NCBI GenBank assembly: GCA_951406725.2
Contig: OX597840.1
Location: 9,796,001-9,860,000, forward strand
DNA length: 64,000 nt
Source of the DNA: Octopus vulgaris
Lineage: Eukaryota
Direction: 5' to 3'
The notes below the pieces were generated by a model, which was given only the letters and a program-made list of their open reading frames with translations, did no database searches and had not been told where the DNA came from. Below, in pieces: positions 12,493 to 25,930 of this stretch (within the stretch, counting starts at the first letter, position 1; each line of letters begins with the position of its first letter). Position numbers and translations under genes: made by a program.

Positions 12493-12529
12493 GTTTCTGA
12501 CGAAGTGCTCCGCTCGAAACGTTAAAACC
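12493..12529 (+). ncRNA. Minimal hammerhead-like motif (Penelope type, no real helix III)
   Basis: guuu-CUGACGA-A-GUGC-UCC-GCUC-GAAA-CGUU-aaaac. Relatives at 44360-44395 (CCGACGA), 61893-61928 (CUGUGGA) and 63918-63953 (CUGUUGA) carry core substitutions. Confidence 0.45.
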
Positions 12530-12626
12530 TCCTTCTTCCCTTCTTTCCTGATCGTCCAATAACACTATACTTGTTCCACGTCCTCGCATTGTTGTGTTTT
12601 TTTTGTGTTTTCATGTTTGGATTAAC

Positions 12627-12660
<34 letters not shown>

Positions 12661-13384
12661 TGCAAAAATTCTATAATTATGAGTATAATTACTAATGGAA
12701 CAAACTGCCGGCATCTGTCGTTAGTTGTTGGAGCACTGCATCCTTCAAAACTTCCATGCTTCCTGAGATTCGCCAACACTACACCTGATTTTCTCCCCTC
12801 CATACACACACAAGCATGTATCTGACTCATACATTGTTCGCTTTCCAGACATTTCTACATTACTGCATGTACTTTATATGCACTTTCTGACAAGTTGTGG
12901 TGCACCTGAGCACTGTATACAATAATTAAATTACTATTATTATTTAATTATAATTAAGGTTCAGCAAAATTTGTTTTACCACATACCGAAATTTAGAAAT
13001 AGCAGTTAAACTACTATTCTACTCCCATAAGATATCTGCCAGGCAGCAATACTCAACAACTCATGCAGTGTAAAAGATTGTCTTAACTGGTACATCACAC
13101 GTACTGAGAAGAACATTGTTGCTGAATTTTCTTTCCTTTTCCTTTGATTTCCTTCGGGTTTTTTTTATTCTTCTTTCCTTTTTCTTTCTGTCTTTCTTCC
13201 CCCTTTTTTTTTTCAGTCACATGAGTTTGTAAATGAACAATCTGGTGTGTTTATTTCAAAGGCCCACCAATGTATACGGTGGGTTTCTTTGCCCAAGGTG
13301 TCGAGAAGACACTTGGGTAAAAAATGGAAACAAAACTGAAAGAAGAGGATTAAGGCCTTGAAAATTTTTTGGGGAAGGGGGCTA

Positions 13385-13942
13385 GTCAATCACATTGACC
13401 CCAGTACATAACTGGTACTTATTTCATCGGCCCCCGCCAAAAAGATGAAAGGCAAAGTCGACCTCAGCGAAATTTGAATTCGGAATGTAGCGGCAGATGA
13501 AATACTTATTTCTTTACTGCCCACAAGGGGCTAAACACAGAGGGGACAAACAAACGGATTAAGTCGATTATATCGACCCCAGTGCGTAACTGGTACTTAT
13601 TTAATTGACCCCGGAAGGATGAAAGGCAAAGTCGACCTCAGCAGTATTTGAATTCAGAATGTAGCGGCAGACAAAATACCTATTTTTTTATAACCCGCAA
13701 GGGGCTAAACACAAAGAGGACAAACAAGGACAGACACAGAGATTAAGTCGATTATATCGACCCCAGTACGTAACTGGTACTTAATTTATCGACCCCGAAA
13801 GGATGAAAGGCAAAGTCGACCTCGGCGGAATTTGAACTCAGAACGTAACGGCAGACGAAATACCGCTAAGCATTTCGCCCAGTGTGCAAACAATTCTGCT
13901 AGCTTGCCTCCTTATCAAATAATGATAATAATAATGATAATA

Positions 13943-13975
<33 letters not shown>

Positions 13976-14512
13976 GTAATAATAATAAGAATAATGATAA
14001 TGATAATAATAACAATAATTATTTCTTTACTGCCCACAAGGGGCTACACACAGAGGGGACAAACAAGGACAGACAAACGGATTAAGACAAACGGATTATG
14101 GCGGCGAGCTGGCAGAAACGTTAGCACGCCGGGCGAAATGTGTAGCCGTATTTCGTCTACCGTTACGTTCTGAGTTCAAATTCCGCCGAGGTCGACTTTG
14201 CCTTTCATCCTTTCGGGGTCGATAAACTAAGTACCAGTTACGCACTGGGGTCAATGTAATCGACTCAAATCCGTTTGTCTGTCCTTGCTTGTCCTCTCTG
14301 TGTTTAGCCCCTTGTGGGTAGTAAAGAAATAGACAAACGGATTAAGTCGATTACATCAACCCCAGTGCGTAACTGGTACTTAATTTATCGACCCCGGAAG
14401 GATGAAAGGCAAAGTCGACCTCAGCGCAATTTGAACTCGGAACGTAACGGCAGACGAAATACGGCTAAGCATCTTGTCCGGCGTGCTAACGATTCTGCCA
14501 GCTCGCCACCTT
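13385..14512. mobile_element. SINE family B cluster (head ggcggcgagctggcagaa; body gaggtcgactttgcctttcatcctttcggggtcgataaattaagtacc), tandem and inverted copies
   Basis: Three minus-strand units at 13385-13912, a plus copy at ~14100-14330 and a minus copy to 14512. Other copies at ~16045-16268, 49580-49745 and 59093-59210. Confidence 0.85.
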
Positions 14513-14517
14513 ATTAA

Positions 14518-14572
<55 letters not shown>

Positions 14573-14584
14573 GTAATAATAACA

Positions 14585-14635
<51 letters not shown>

Positions 14636-15065
14636 TTGAGAATATCAGATGTGAGTGAAGTGAGTTTTGTTTTTTATTCACAGAATTAATTATACAACAT
14701 GGAAAAAATAATTGAAATTAAAAAAAAAAAAAAGGACATTTAAGTGAAATATATAATAATATCAACATATTATAATTGTTTGTAGCATAGGTAGAAGGCC
14801 ATAAATATATAGGGAGGTGGGGGGGAGTGCAGTCGATAGCATCGACCCCAGTAGATCACTGGTACTTTATTTGAAAGGCAAAGTTGACCTTGATGGGATT
14901 TGAACTCAAAAATCTAAAGGATCGGAACTAAATACTGCAAGACATTGTTATCTGATGCTCTACCGATTACACCAACCCAACACCCTTGTGTTAGTGTATA
15001 TATATATATCAGCATATTGTGTGTATACATATATGCATATGTCTGTCAGCAAATTGGTGTGTGTG

Positions 15066-15115
<50 letters not shown>

Positions 15116-15117
15116 AT

Positions 15118-15195
15118 CTGATGAGAAGATTGCATCTTGCACCGTTTATTCCTTTGGAATAAAACCATGTTGTCTTCGAAACATAAGTCGAGAGT
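15118..15195 (+). ncRNA. Hammerhead ribozyme motif of the same family as 53710; helix I truncated by a TA microsatellite
   Basis: CUGAUGA-GAAGA...UCUUC-GAAAC-AUAA-GUC. The downstream flank taaaggaattttgttaa...actccattc is shared with the 53710 copy. Confidence 0.6.
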
Positions 15196-16704
15196 AAAGG
15201 AATTTTGTTAACATCTTCGTTGAACTCCATTCATTTATTTATTTATATATGTATATATATATATTTTATCAGCATAGTGGTGTGTTTGTATAATATTTAG
15301 TAGTAGATAAATATCCATGGACTTTAAAGGTGAGTTTACAGCTATTTGATCCGCTGACCTCCTGTTCACTAAATAAAGATCTGAGCGGCATCTCGTAGCC
15401 AGGTCATCATCATTTAGCGTTCACTTTCCATGCTGGCATGGGTTAGACGGTTTTGCTGGATTTGGTAAGTCGGAGAACTGCACCAGGTTCAAATCTGATT
15501 TTGGTTTGATTTCTACGGCTGGATGCTCTTCCTAACACCAACCACGCCAAGAGTGTAATGGGTGCCTTTTGCATGTCCACAGACGTCTTTATGTTTTCCA
15601 CTGTGGAAACTCTGGTCACTGATGTTGGTCAAGATTGGTGACTGCTTGGGGGTAACCACAGCGCTTTAACTATGCTCTTTAACCCTTTTCATATCAACCC
15701 ATCTGACACTGCTCTAATATTTATGACATAAATCTCCTGTTTTGAACTGATCTAAAATTCCTTCCATCAAAATTTTTCATATATCTTCTAAACACCAGCT
15801 GAATAATACAAAAGATAGTTTGCTAAACCGTTTATTTTCAAAACTGGAATGATAGTAGTGTATTTCAGCAGAAATATCCTAATCATGATTTCACATCTTC
15901 CAGATCTTTCCATCAGGTAGGCCTTAACTCTTATCACAAACTAATCAGAGTCTATCCCCAGCTTCTATGATACAAACCTCTTGTTTTAAAGTTTTTTAAA
16001 CTAAAATTAGTCTATCAAAATTTTGTGTTAATATACCATCTAAATACCTATTTCTTTACTACCCACAAGGGGCTAAACAAGGACAGACAAACGGATTAAG
16101 TCAGTTACATCGACCCCAGTGCATAACTGGTACTTAATTTATCAACCCCGAAAGGCTGAAAGGCAAAGTCGACCTCGGCGGAATTTGAACTCAGAACATA
16201 ATGGTAGATGAAATACCGCTAAGTATTTCACCAGGTACGCTAATGTTTCTGCCAGCTCGCCGCCTTAATACCTTCTAAATACCAGCTTAATAATGACATT
16301 ATTTTAATAAATTCTTCATTAATTTCAAAATTCTGTTAGAATACTGATTTTCTGGAAGCTGATGGTCTCAAACCTCTTATAATAATCCACATTAGTTTGC
16401 ACTAACGAACAGATACCTGTGTTTCAATTAATTATTTAAGTAAATGTAGTATTTGTTTAATTTAGAGGCAACCACCCCTGATTCAGAAATCAGGAAAGAC
16501 TCTGGAACCAAGGGTTTCAAAAAATTGACATAATACCAGGATTTGAAACAATGATGGTGTATTTGAACAGGAATATCCTATGCCATATGCACACGGGTAT
16601 ATGGTGTTGTGGTTAAGAGTGCGGACTACTGACCCCAAGATTCCGAGTTCGATTCCAGGCAGTGACCTGAATAGTAATAAGATCACTTCCAATTCTATGA
16701 TACT

Positions 16705-17610
16705 AATACTGTCTCCAGCTGGCTATACGACACGATCTGTGTCCTTATATTTTCGACACAGATCGTGTGGTATAGCCAGCTGGACATGATGTCACCTGGG
16801 GCTAAATTACAGCAACATTCGTCCTAAACCAGGACTGCCATGTTATGTTGGCAAATAATCTTTACTCCAAAGTACGGTTGCTGAATATCTCTCGTTGTGA
16901 GACTTAAAAATAATAATTTTCTAAGAAATATCCTAGTTACATGATTGAAACAGGGGTAGTTTATTTCATGGCAGTCCTGGTTTAGGATGAACGTTGCTGT
17001 AATTTAGCCCCAGGAGAATCGTCTCCAGTTGGTTATATGACACGATGTGTCCTTATATTTTCAACACAGATCATGTCATATAGCCAACTGGAGATGAAGT
17101 CTCCTGGGGCTAAATTACAGCAACATTCGTCCTAAACCAGGACTGCCATGTTATGTTGGCAAATAATCTTTACTCCAAAGTACGGTTGCTGAATATCTCC
17201 CATTGTGAGATTTTAAAATAGTAATTTTTCTAATTCATAAATCAGTGACTAGTTGTCACTTTGAAAACTATATATTTCGAACAGGGAATTTGGTAGCGCC
17301 ACCTCTAGCCGAGCAGTTATTCTGTGCTGATGAAGGGAAATAACCCAGGAATCACAATACACAGATATTATTTTAAGCTGAGTGGGGGTGCTAGATTCCC
17401 TTGTTCAAAAATATAAGGACACAGATCGTATCGTAGAGCCAGCTGGACATGATGTGTCCTGGGGCTAAATTACAGCAACATTCCTCCTAAACCAGGACTG
17501 CCATGGTATATTGGCAAACAATCTTTATTCCAAAGTATGGTTGCTGAATATCTCTCGTTGTGAGATTTAAAAATAGTAATTTTCTAAGAAATATCCTAGA
17601 TACACGACTG
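16705..17610. repeat. Cluster of direct and inverted copies of one repeat family forming nested fold-backs
   Basis: The unit ctggggctaaattacagcaacattcgtcctaaaccaggactgccatg recurs at ~16795, ~17105 and ~17460, with an inverted copy at ~16965-17040 and hairpins around gtccttatattt. Confidence 0.75.
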
Positions 17611-18880
17611 AATTTCCAGATCCTTCCAACATATCTCTCCTAATCCTTTTGATACCAACCCACCAAAGACCATTTCCGGTTCTACGATACAAATTCCTAT
17701 TTCAAACTCATCGATATTAAAACCATCCATCTGAATTTCATTTTAATTTCCATTCCGTTGCCAGCCTCGCCTGGCCCCCGTAAAAAGCACCATCCGATCG
17801 TGGCCGTTTGCCAGCCTTGTCTGGCCCCTGTGCCGGTGGCATGTAAAAAGCACCATCCAATCGTGGCTGTTTGCCAGCCTTGTCTGGCACCTGTGCCGGT
17901 GGCATGTAAAAGCACCCACTACACTCATGGAGTGGTTGGCGTTAGGAAGTGCATCCAGCCGTAGAAACATTGCCAGATCAGACTGGGCCTGGTGCAGCCT
18001 TCTGGCTTCCCAGACCCCCATTGGACTGTCGAACCTATGCTAGCATGGAAAGCGGACGCTAAATGATGATTCCAAACATTAGTTTAATATCGACAAAGTT
18101 GTTCTCCTAAATTCTTCATTATTTTTGCAAAGTGTATTTCAACAGGAATATGGTAATGAAAAAGGGTCACAGTGGACTCACCATGGTTGAATGGTTAACA
18201 GGTTCATTTTGCAATCGTAAGGTCCAAGGTTCAATCCCATTGCAAGGCATCTCAAACAAATCTTATTTACTATTTTTTTTTGTCTGTTTTTTCTTCTTTT
18301 TTTTTTATATTGATTGTTTATTTTTGTTTCTGAATTTATTGTTTGTTTGTTTCTTAATTTTTTTTTTTTAAATGTTAGTTTGTCATTTTCTGATTGAAAT
18401 ATGTACTGATGGGGGATTGGTGAGGAGAAGGGAACCAGCATCATCAACAACAACATCATTCTCATCAGCATCATCCTAATCATCATCATCATCATCATCC
18501 TAATCATCATCAATATAATTGAGCAATAGAAACGGCAGAATAAGTAGTAAAGAGGTAGAGAGAGGGGAGAGGAGAGGGAGATGGGGGGGGGGTAAGGGTT
18601 CGATGGATGAAACTAGACAAGACACAATGGTATGGTGTAGTGGGGGAGAGAAATGTGGGCAGAGGTGGCAGAAATATCAATTATTATTATTATTATTATC
18701 ATCATTATTATTGAAAAACAGTTAGATTACAGGAACAATTTTGTAATCACGGAGGGGGGAGGGATAGAATGGAATTGGGAGGGAGGGGTTGGCTGAAAAT
18801 ACCTGTCAATATAGGGCAGGGTGTCCCTACCTTTTTACTCGAAGGGAAACACTTTTAAATAAATTCCATGGCACAAGGAT

Positions 18881-19500
18881 CCCCTATGTTGGCCCTTTAT
18901 GGGTAATAAAAAAAAAAGATCCCAAAGTCTATAATTGTATGTCCCCAATGTAATGTATGTCCCTCTATGTTGGCCCTTTATGGGTAATAAGAAAAACAGA
19001 TCCCAAAGTCTATAATTGTATGTCCCCAATGTAATGTATGTCCCTCTATGTTGGCCCTTTATGGGTAATAAAAAAACAGATCCCAAAGTCTATAATTGTT
19101 GTATGTCCCCAATGTAATGTCCCTTTATGGGTAATAAGAAAAACAGATCCCAAAGTCTATAATTGTTGTATGTCCCTCTATGTTGGCCCTTTATGGGTAG
19201 TAAAAAAACAGATCCCAAAGTCTATAATTGTTGTATGTCCCCAATGTAATGTCCCTCTATGTTGGCCCTTTATGGGTAATAAAAAAACAGATCCCAAAGT
19301 CTATAATTGTTGTATGTCCCCAATGTAATGTCCCACTATGTTGGCCCTTTATGGGTAATAAAAAAACAGATCCCAAAGTCTATAATTGTTGTATGTCCCC
19401 AATGTAATGTCCCTCTATGTTGGCCCTTTATGGGTAATAAGAAAAACAGATCCCAAAGTCTATAATTGTTGTATGTCCCTTTATGGTAACAAAAGGGTTA
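18881..19500. repeat. Minisatellite, ~8 variable copies of a 55-82 bp unit
   Basis: Unit ccctctatgttggccctttatgggtaataaaaaaacagatcccaaagtctataattgttgtatgtccccaatgtaatgt, with modular deletions. Confidence 0.9.
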
Positions 19501-20159
19501 ATCCTTTAGCATTCAGATTCCTTTATCAACAATAATGCTTATTTATTCATCATCATCATTTAGTGTCTGCTTCCCATGCTGGCATGGGTTAGACAGTTTG
19601 ACTGGAACTGGCAAGCCAGAGAGCTGCACCAGGCTCCAATCTGATTTGGCACGGTTTCTACAGCTGGATGCCCTTCCTAGTGCAAACCACTCCAAGAACA
19701 TAATGGGTGCTTTTTACAATCCACTGGCACAGGGGCTCTTATGTGCCACTGACATATAAAATTGTTCTGAATTAATGCTGTATTACCTTGTATCTTTGAA
19801 ATTTCAATGATGTGATTGTTTATTCTTAGAATGACATTGTAGGGTATGTGCAAGAGGCTAAATCTGGTCAGTTTTGACAGAAGAACAGGTAGAATATATG
19901 GGTCAGATATGGCCAGTTTAAATGCTAATAGGTTAATACAGAAACCTGGAATTTTCTGTCTTAGAGGGTATTCCATTTTTTGTTGTGTCTAGGGAGAGTC
20001 AACACACAAATTCACATAAAAACTCTTGCAAACCAGATACAACAATGAAGTAGAATATCCCATGTCTACCCCATTTGGCTGTAGATTGGACAACAATATA
20101 TATGTTATATATACACACACACACATATATACATCTATAAATATATAATATGCATGTGT

Positions 20160-20553
20160 AGGAGAGGCTGTGTGGTAAGTAGCTTGCTAACCAACCACAT
20201 GGTTCCGGGTTCAGTCCCACTGCGTGGCACCTTGGGCAAGTGTCTTCTACTATAGCCTAGGGCCGACCAAAGCCTTGGGAGTGGATTTGGTAGACGGAAA
20301 CTGTAAGAAGCCCAACGTATATATGTATATGTATATATATGTGTTGTATGTTTGTGTATCTGTGTTTGTCCCCCCCAACATCGCTTGACAACCGATGCTG
20401 GTGTGTTTACTTCCCCGTGACTTAGCAGTTCGGCAAAAGAAACCGATAGAATAAGTACTAGGCTTACAAAGAATAAGTCCTGGGTCGATTTGCTCGACTA
20501 AAGGCGGTGCTCCAGCATGGCCGCAGTCAAATGACTGAAACAAGTAAAAGAGT
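20160..20553 (+). mobile_element. SINE family A
   Basis: Full-length match to the other copies. Confidence 0.85.
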
Positions 20554-21747
20554 AACCCTATGCTTTTAAGTGTGGTGTAGAATATGAGGTGTGGGTGGGT
20601 GTATATATAGGTGTAAAAATGATTGTACTTCATTCAGGTGTGTTTATTTAAAGGATTGTGTTGCAGATCAAATGGCCCGTGTCTGTGTGGTGTGTTTGTT
20701 GTATGGAAACTGTACTGTGTGTTATGTTGTATACACACTGTTTACTATTTGGTGTTGTTGTTGTTGTTAAGCAACAAGAAAGGAAAGGGTGATTAGGTGA
20801 TGGTTTATGGCTTAGGGGGCAGGAGACCCCAGACCTTGGAAAAAAAACAAACTTTGGTCGTCTTGTTGTAGTCGAGGGGTCTTCATTGACGCCCGACACC
20901 ACTGGGGGGCGGCCCTCGAAGTCGCTGGAAATGGAGATCTCCAGGTCCAAATTCTTGGACAGCTATTTGGTGTTGTGTAGAAGCTTTTCTTTTGCGTGGT
21001 TCTACTGAATTGAGATTATGCAGTGTAGGGCATGGGTGGTGCTGAGCTAAACCAATATTTATCTATTCTTAGCAGATGCTTTATGAAAGACTGGGTACTT
21101 TCATTATTATTTAATTTAATTAATTTTTTTTTTGTGACACCAGATCTGGCAAATTATAGTTTTGGGCTCCATTTCAGACTTTCTGTTAGTGTAGACATGA
21201 CAGGGAAGGGGTCATAGGGTAAAAATAGGGGTTAATTTTACTGCCAAAATATAAAACAATCAGGGGGAAAGGTGTGTTCTGTGTATAATATAAACCAACA
21301 GCAGTAGGGCTGATGTTATTGCCTGTAATAAAGATGTTAAGCCCTTCTAAAAAAAGGTTCAATTTTTGTTAGGGATTTTATCCTTTATTGCCAAACAATC
21401 ATTCCTTTAGATCAGGGTCCACTTTAGGATGTGGTGGTGGAAGGGAGGGTATAATAAAGGGACTACATGAGATGAGCACTTCTCTAAAAGAGGGGTTCAA
21501 CTCCAGCCATACACACACACACAGCAACAAGAGGCACTTGTGCCCTTAATGATAAATATTTTGTTTTAGGGGTTTATGATAAATATTTTATTTTAGGGAT
21601 TACAATAGATATTTTATTTTTGGGGTTACAATAAATATTTCATTTCAGGGGTTTAAAAATTGGCTCAGCTGGGGAAGAATGCTAGAACAAGGATGGAAGA
21701 CATAAAAATGACCACCCAGTTTAACATATCCATAACAAGTCCCCTGC

Positions 21748-21972
21748 GTCCCTTTAGTAGGGTTCACTTTATAGCAAGCATCTGAAGCAAACCCCTAATC
21801 TCAATGTCTTCATGTGTTTCCCCTTACAGCAACGACCCTTCGATTATATCTGCTAGGGTCCCTTTAGTAGGGTTCACTTTATAGCAAGCATCTGAAGCAA
21901 ACCCCTAATCTCAACGTCTTCATGTGTTTCCTCTTACAGCAACGACCCTTCGATTATGTCTGCTGGGGTCCC
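21748..21972. repeat. Tandem duplication, 2 x ~110 bp
   Basis: gtccctttagtagggttcac...cgacccttcgattat occurs twice with few differences. Confidence 0.85.
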
Positions 21973-22244
21973 GACCTCAAGTCTTAGACACCCCCGTGCA
22001 TAAATAAAGAGGTGATAAGCGTGGCCCTTCTTTCTAGGACCAGAGGAATTCTGACCGACTGACTGACTGACTGACCCCAACTTATGTTGTCTGAAGTGAT
22101 ATAATTCTCCCACTTTTGGATTAACGAATCTACGAACATTATGAAGAAATAATTAAAAATAGAACGGGTGTATATAATTGACCAAAAAGAAAGTTCGATG
22201 TTTAGAATGAATGCAAGAAGAGAAATACAAAACATAATAGTGTA

Positions 22245-22503
22245 TAGCGTGTGTGTGTGTGTATATTAATCATATATATACATCTATGTATGCACACGTA
22301 TATATAGGTATGTATGTATATTATATTGTAGATACAATATAGATAATCGTCATTGGTAAAGATCTTTTCAATATTTCTTTGTTAGTAGTTAATGTTTAGG
22401 CATATCTTTAATATAACGTATTTAAAAGAAAAACTGTTCTCTCTGCATATACACACACATATACAAATATATATGTATATATATATATTTGTGTGTGTGT
22501 ATG

Positions 22504-22558
<55 letters not shown>

Positions 22559-22631
22559 ACATGTATGAAAATATATATTTATATATATGCAATCATATAT
22601 ATATACATATATTTGTATGTGTGTATGTATG

Positions 22632-22666
<35 letters not shown>

Positions 22667-22705
22667 ATGCATATATGAAAATATATATTTATTTATATAT
22701 ATGCA

Positions 22706-22741
<36 letters not shown>

Positions 22742-22842
22742 TAGATAGATAGATAGATATAGGTATAGATATATAAATATATATATGCAATTATATATAG
22801 TTATATATATGTATATCTATCTATCTATATATATATATGTAC

Positions 22843-22938
<96 letters not shown>

Positions 22939-22943
22939 ATATA

Positions 22944-22977
<34 letters not shown>

Positions 22978-24580
22978 CTACTAAAACTCTGACTCCAAAT
23001 TTCATGACACCTAAGGTTCATATCTCTGATCAACAAACAATACTTGGGAAAACCAAACAGAAATGTCCTTCATCTAATTATATTAAGAACAGTTTTCTGT
23101 GCCATTCCCCCAAACTTTGTTGGAAGATCGGTGATGTGAAACTGAGGGTCACCAAAAAAATTAAGTTCTCATTTTAATAATTATATTTCGACGTTCTACT
23201 CTCACCCAAGAATAACACCTCTTCCTTTCTTCTATACATACTCACACACATACATACACATATATATATACATATATGCACACACATACATGCAGACACA
23301 TCATCTGATAAAGCATCTAGCAATTAGCCAGGGGTCAAGAGGAGGAATTGAGGAATTTATAGTGAAAATAGCAGGAGGGGGTCAAGGGGGAAAACGGTTA
23401 ACAACATCAAAGAGGGAATGGCTCAAACAGAACTATATACAGCACAGCCTTATTGGGTATATATATATATAGAGAGAGAGAGAGAAATATAAATAGTAGA
23501 GTGTATACAATATCTGTTAAATTAATACAGCATTTAATATATTTGCATTGGTAATATCGTATTTTTTTTTGCATTATTTTTGAAGATTTTTTTGTACATT
23601 CTTTGTTTTTTTCTTTCTTTCCTTTTTTTTCCCTTTTTTTTTTTTTCATATTTTGGAAACAAAAACAACATCTCGAACATGTATTGGCACTGACAATAGG
23701 AAAAGGGTTTAGAAAAATAACGTATATATGTGTGTGTGTGTGTGTATATATATAATGTATATATTGTGTGTGTGAGTGTATGTATGTATATATATGATAT
23801 ATATATTGTGTGTGTGTGTGTGTGTGTGTGTATATAATATATATATATTGTGTGTGTGTGTGAGTGTATGTATATATATATATGATATATATATTGTGTG
23901 TGTGTGTGTGTATATATATTGCGTGTATGTGAGTGTATATATGTATATATATATGATGTATATTGTGTGTGTATATATATATATATAGATAGATAGATAG
24001 TTAGAGAGATAGAAACAGGCACATAAAAACAGACATATATAAATATAAGTACATTTGCATGTATATATTAATATACATACACATGTATGTATATCTATAT
24101 ATATACATGTGTATACATATGCGTTAAAATATATATATAGACAGACATATATATATTTATACACACATATTTACATACATATACATATATATATGTACAT
24201 AAATATACATATACATACACATATATATATACTTATATATATATAGATACATACATACACATACATATATACATACATACATATATGTTTACATATATAC
24301 ATACTTATATTTACATATACACACACATACATACATATATATACATACATAGACACACACACATTTAGTATCAGTAGTTTTACTATTAAACAATAGACAG
24401 TACATATATTTACATATACACACACACATACATACATATATATACACACATATACATATACATACACATTTAGTATCAGTAGTTATACTATTAAACCATA
24501 GACAGCACAATCATATATGTATTGATATACATACATACATACATACATATATACACACACATATATATACATACATATTA
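22245..24580. repeat. Mosaic of (TA)n, (TG)n and (CATA)n microsatellites
   Basis: Directly visible, interrupted by short unique stretches. Confidence 0.85.
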
Positions 24581-24811
24581 CACTCACTGAATGTAATACT
24601 CTCCGAGTGCATCTCACAGTTTTGGATTTGAAATGTAAAAAAAAAAAGAAGAAAAAACCCAAGAGTAATCCCACTCTTTAGAACATATGAACAAAGCTAT
24701 TTTCAGGTGTTACTTTGAAGTCACTGTCAACCTTTAGGCAAAATGTAAATTATATATACTCTACACTTAAGTATTGAATCCTTTCTGTCAATGTTTGGAT
24801 GTTATAATCCT

Positions 24812-24873
<62 letters not shown>

Positions 24874-25026
24874 TATGTATATATATATCATCATCATCGT
24901 CGTTTAACGTCCGTTATATGTATATATATAAGTTCAGCAACAATTTAGATTCAAATGAATATGGTACTTAATTTAGATGCACCAGAATTTTGAATGGTGT
25001 TATCTATAAAAATTTGCGGGGTGATT

Positions 25027-25281
25027 ATAATAAAAAATAAGCAACAAGAATGACTCCGGTAATTTGGTACAATTGTTTCGCACTACATTTTATTACTATA
25101 TGTATGTAATTATTACAGCAGATTTAAGATGCTGAGTACTCATAATGGAAAACCTATATAATTGGCTGATGAGCACTCAACATCTTAAATCTGCTGTAAT
25201 ACTTACAACTTTTAATAAAATGTTGTAGTATACAATTGTACCAAATTACCGGAGTCATTCTTGTTGCTTATTTTTGATTAT
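25027..25281. repeat. Fold-back of two inverted pLTR-like copies, each with a damaged hammerhead motif
   Basis: The arm aataagcaacaagaatgactccggtaatttggtacaattgt has its reverse complement at 25232-25275. Confidence 0.8.
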
Positions 25282-25309
25282 GTATATATATATATATATA
25301 TATATATTC

Positions 25310-25930
25310 ACGCAGTTCGTCCAATAGAGAGACATGTAATATTCTGCATTGATGGTGCGACCCTTTGGCAGGTCTTTTATGAGGAGTACTCTGTCGTTCT
25401 CCCAGAACACTGAAGCTAGAATCTTTCCAGCTGACTTGTGGGTCTGAAGCTTCTTGGGATGTGGTGAACCACAGTGGCCCCACTCCATTGATTGCTGCTT
25501 GGTCTAGGGATCACAAAGATGAAGCTAAGTTTCATTCATAATGACTAAACGAGCCATAAAATCAGCTTTTCCTACAGCAAAGCAGTCCATAATTGCGATG
25601 ATGCTGTCACCCTGATGCACTTCTGATCTGCATTCAGGAATTTTGGCACCCATTTTGAGGACAGCTTTCTTATGCTCAGAATGTTATGGATGATGAGGCC
25701 AACTCTTTAGGGGGTAACATCCAGAGTCTCAGCTATGACTTAAGCTGAAATCTGGCAGTCCTTGAGAATCATGGTGTGCACAGCATTGACTCTGTCCTCC
25801 ATGGTCATGGCAATTGACTGACCAAACTAGGGGTTCATCTGTGACCTTGAAATGACCAGTCCAAAACCATGATACCCAGGTTTTCACTGTGGAGTAAGAT
25901 GGGTAGCCATCCTTCAAAACTTCCTTCATT
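25310..25930 (-). mobile_element. Decayed mariner transposase
   Basis: Broken ORFs YPSYSTVKTWVSWF..GHFKVTDEP (HTH region) and SAGKILASVFWE...LPKGRTINAEYY (catalytic-domain region), with frameshifts and stops. Confidence 0.8.

Noticed and set aside
16595-16670. tRNA-like sequence (also heads at 29628, 3252 and others)
   Set aside because: A/B boxes are present but I see no complete cloverleaf; these are SINE heads.
17321-17366. Hammerhead candidate CUGAUGA-AGGG...CCC
   Set aside because: GAAA and the cleavage triplet are degenerate; counted only as a relic.
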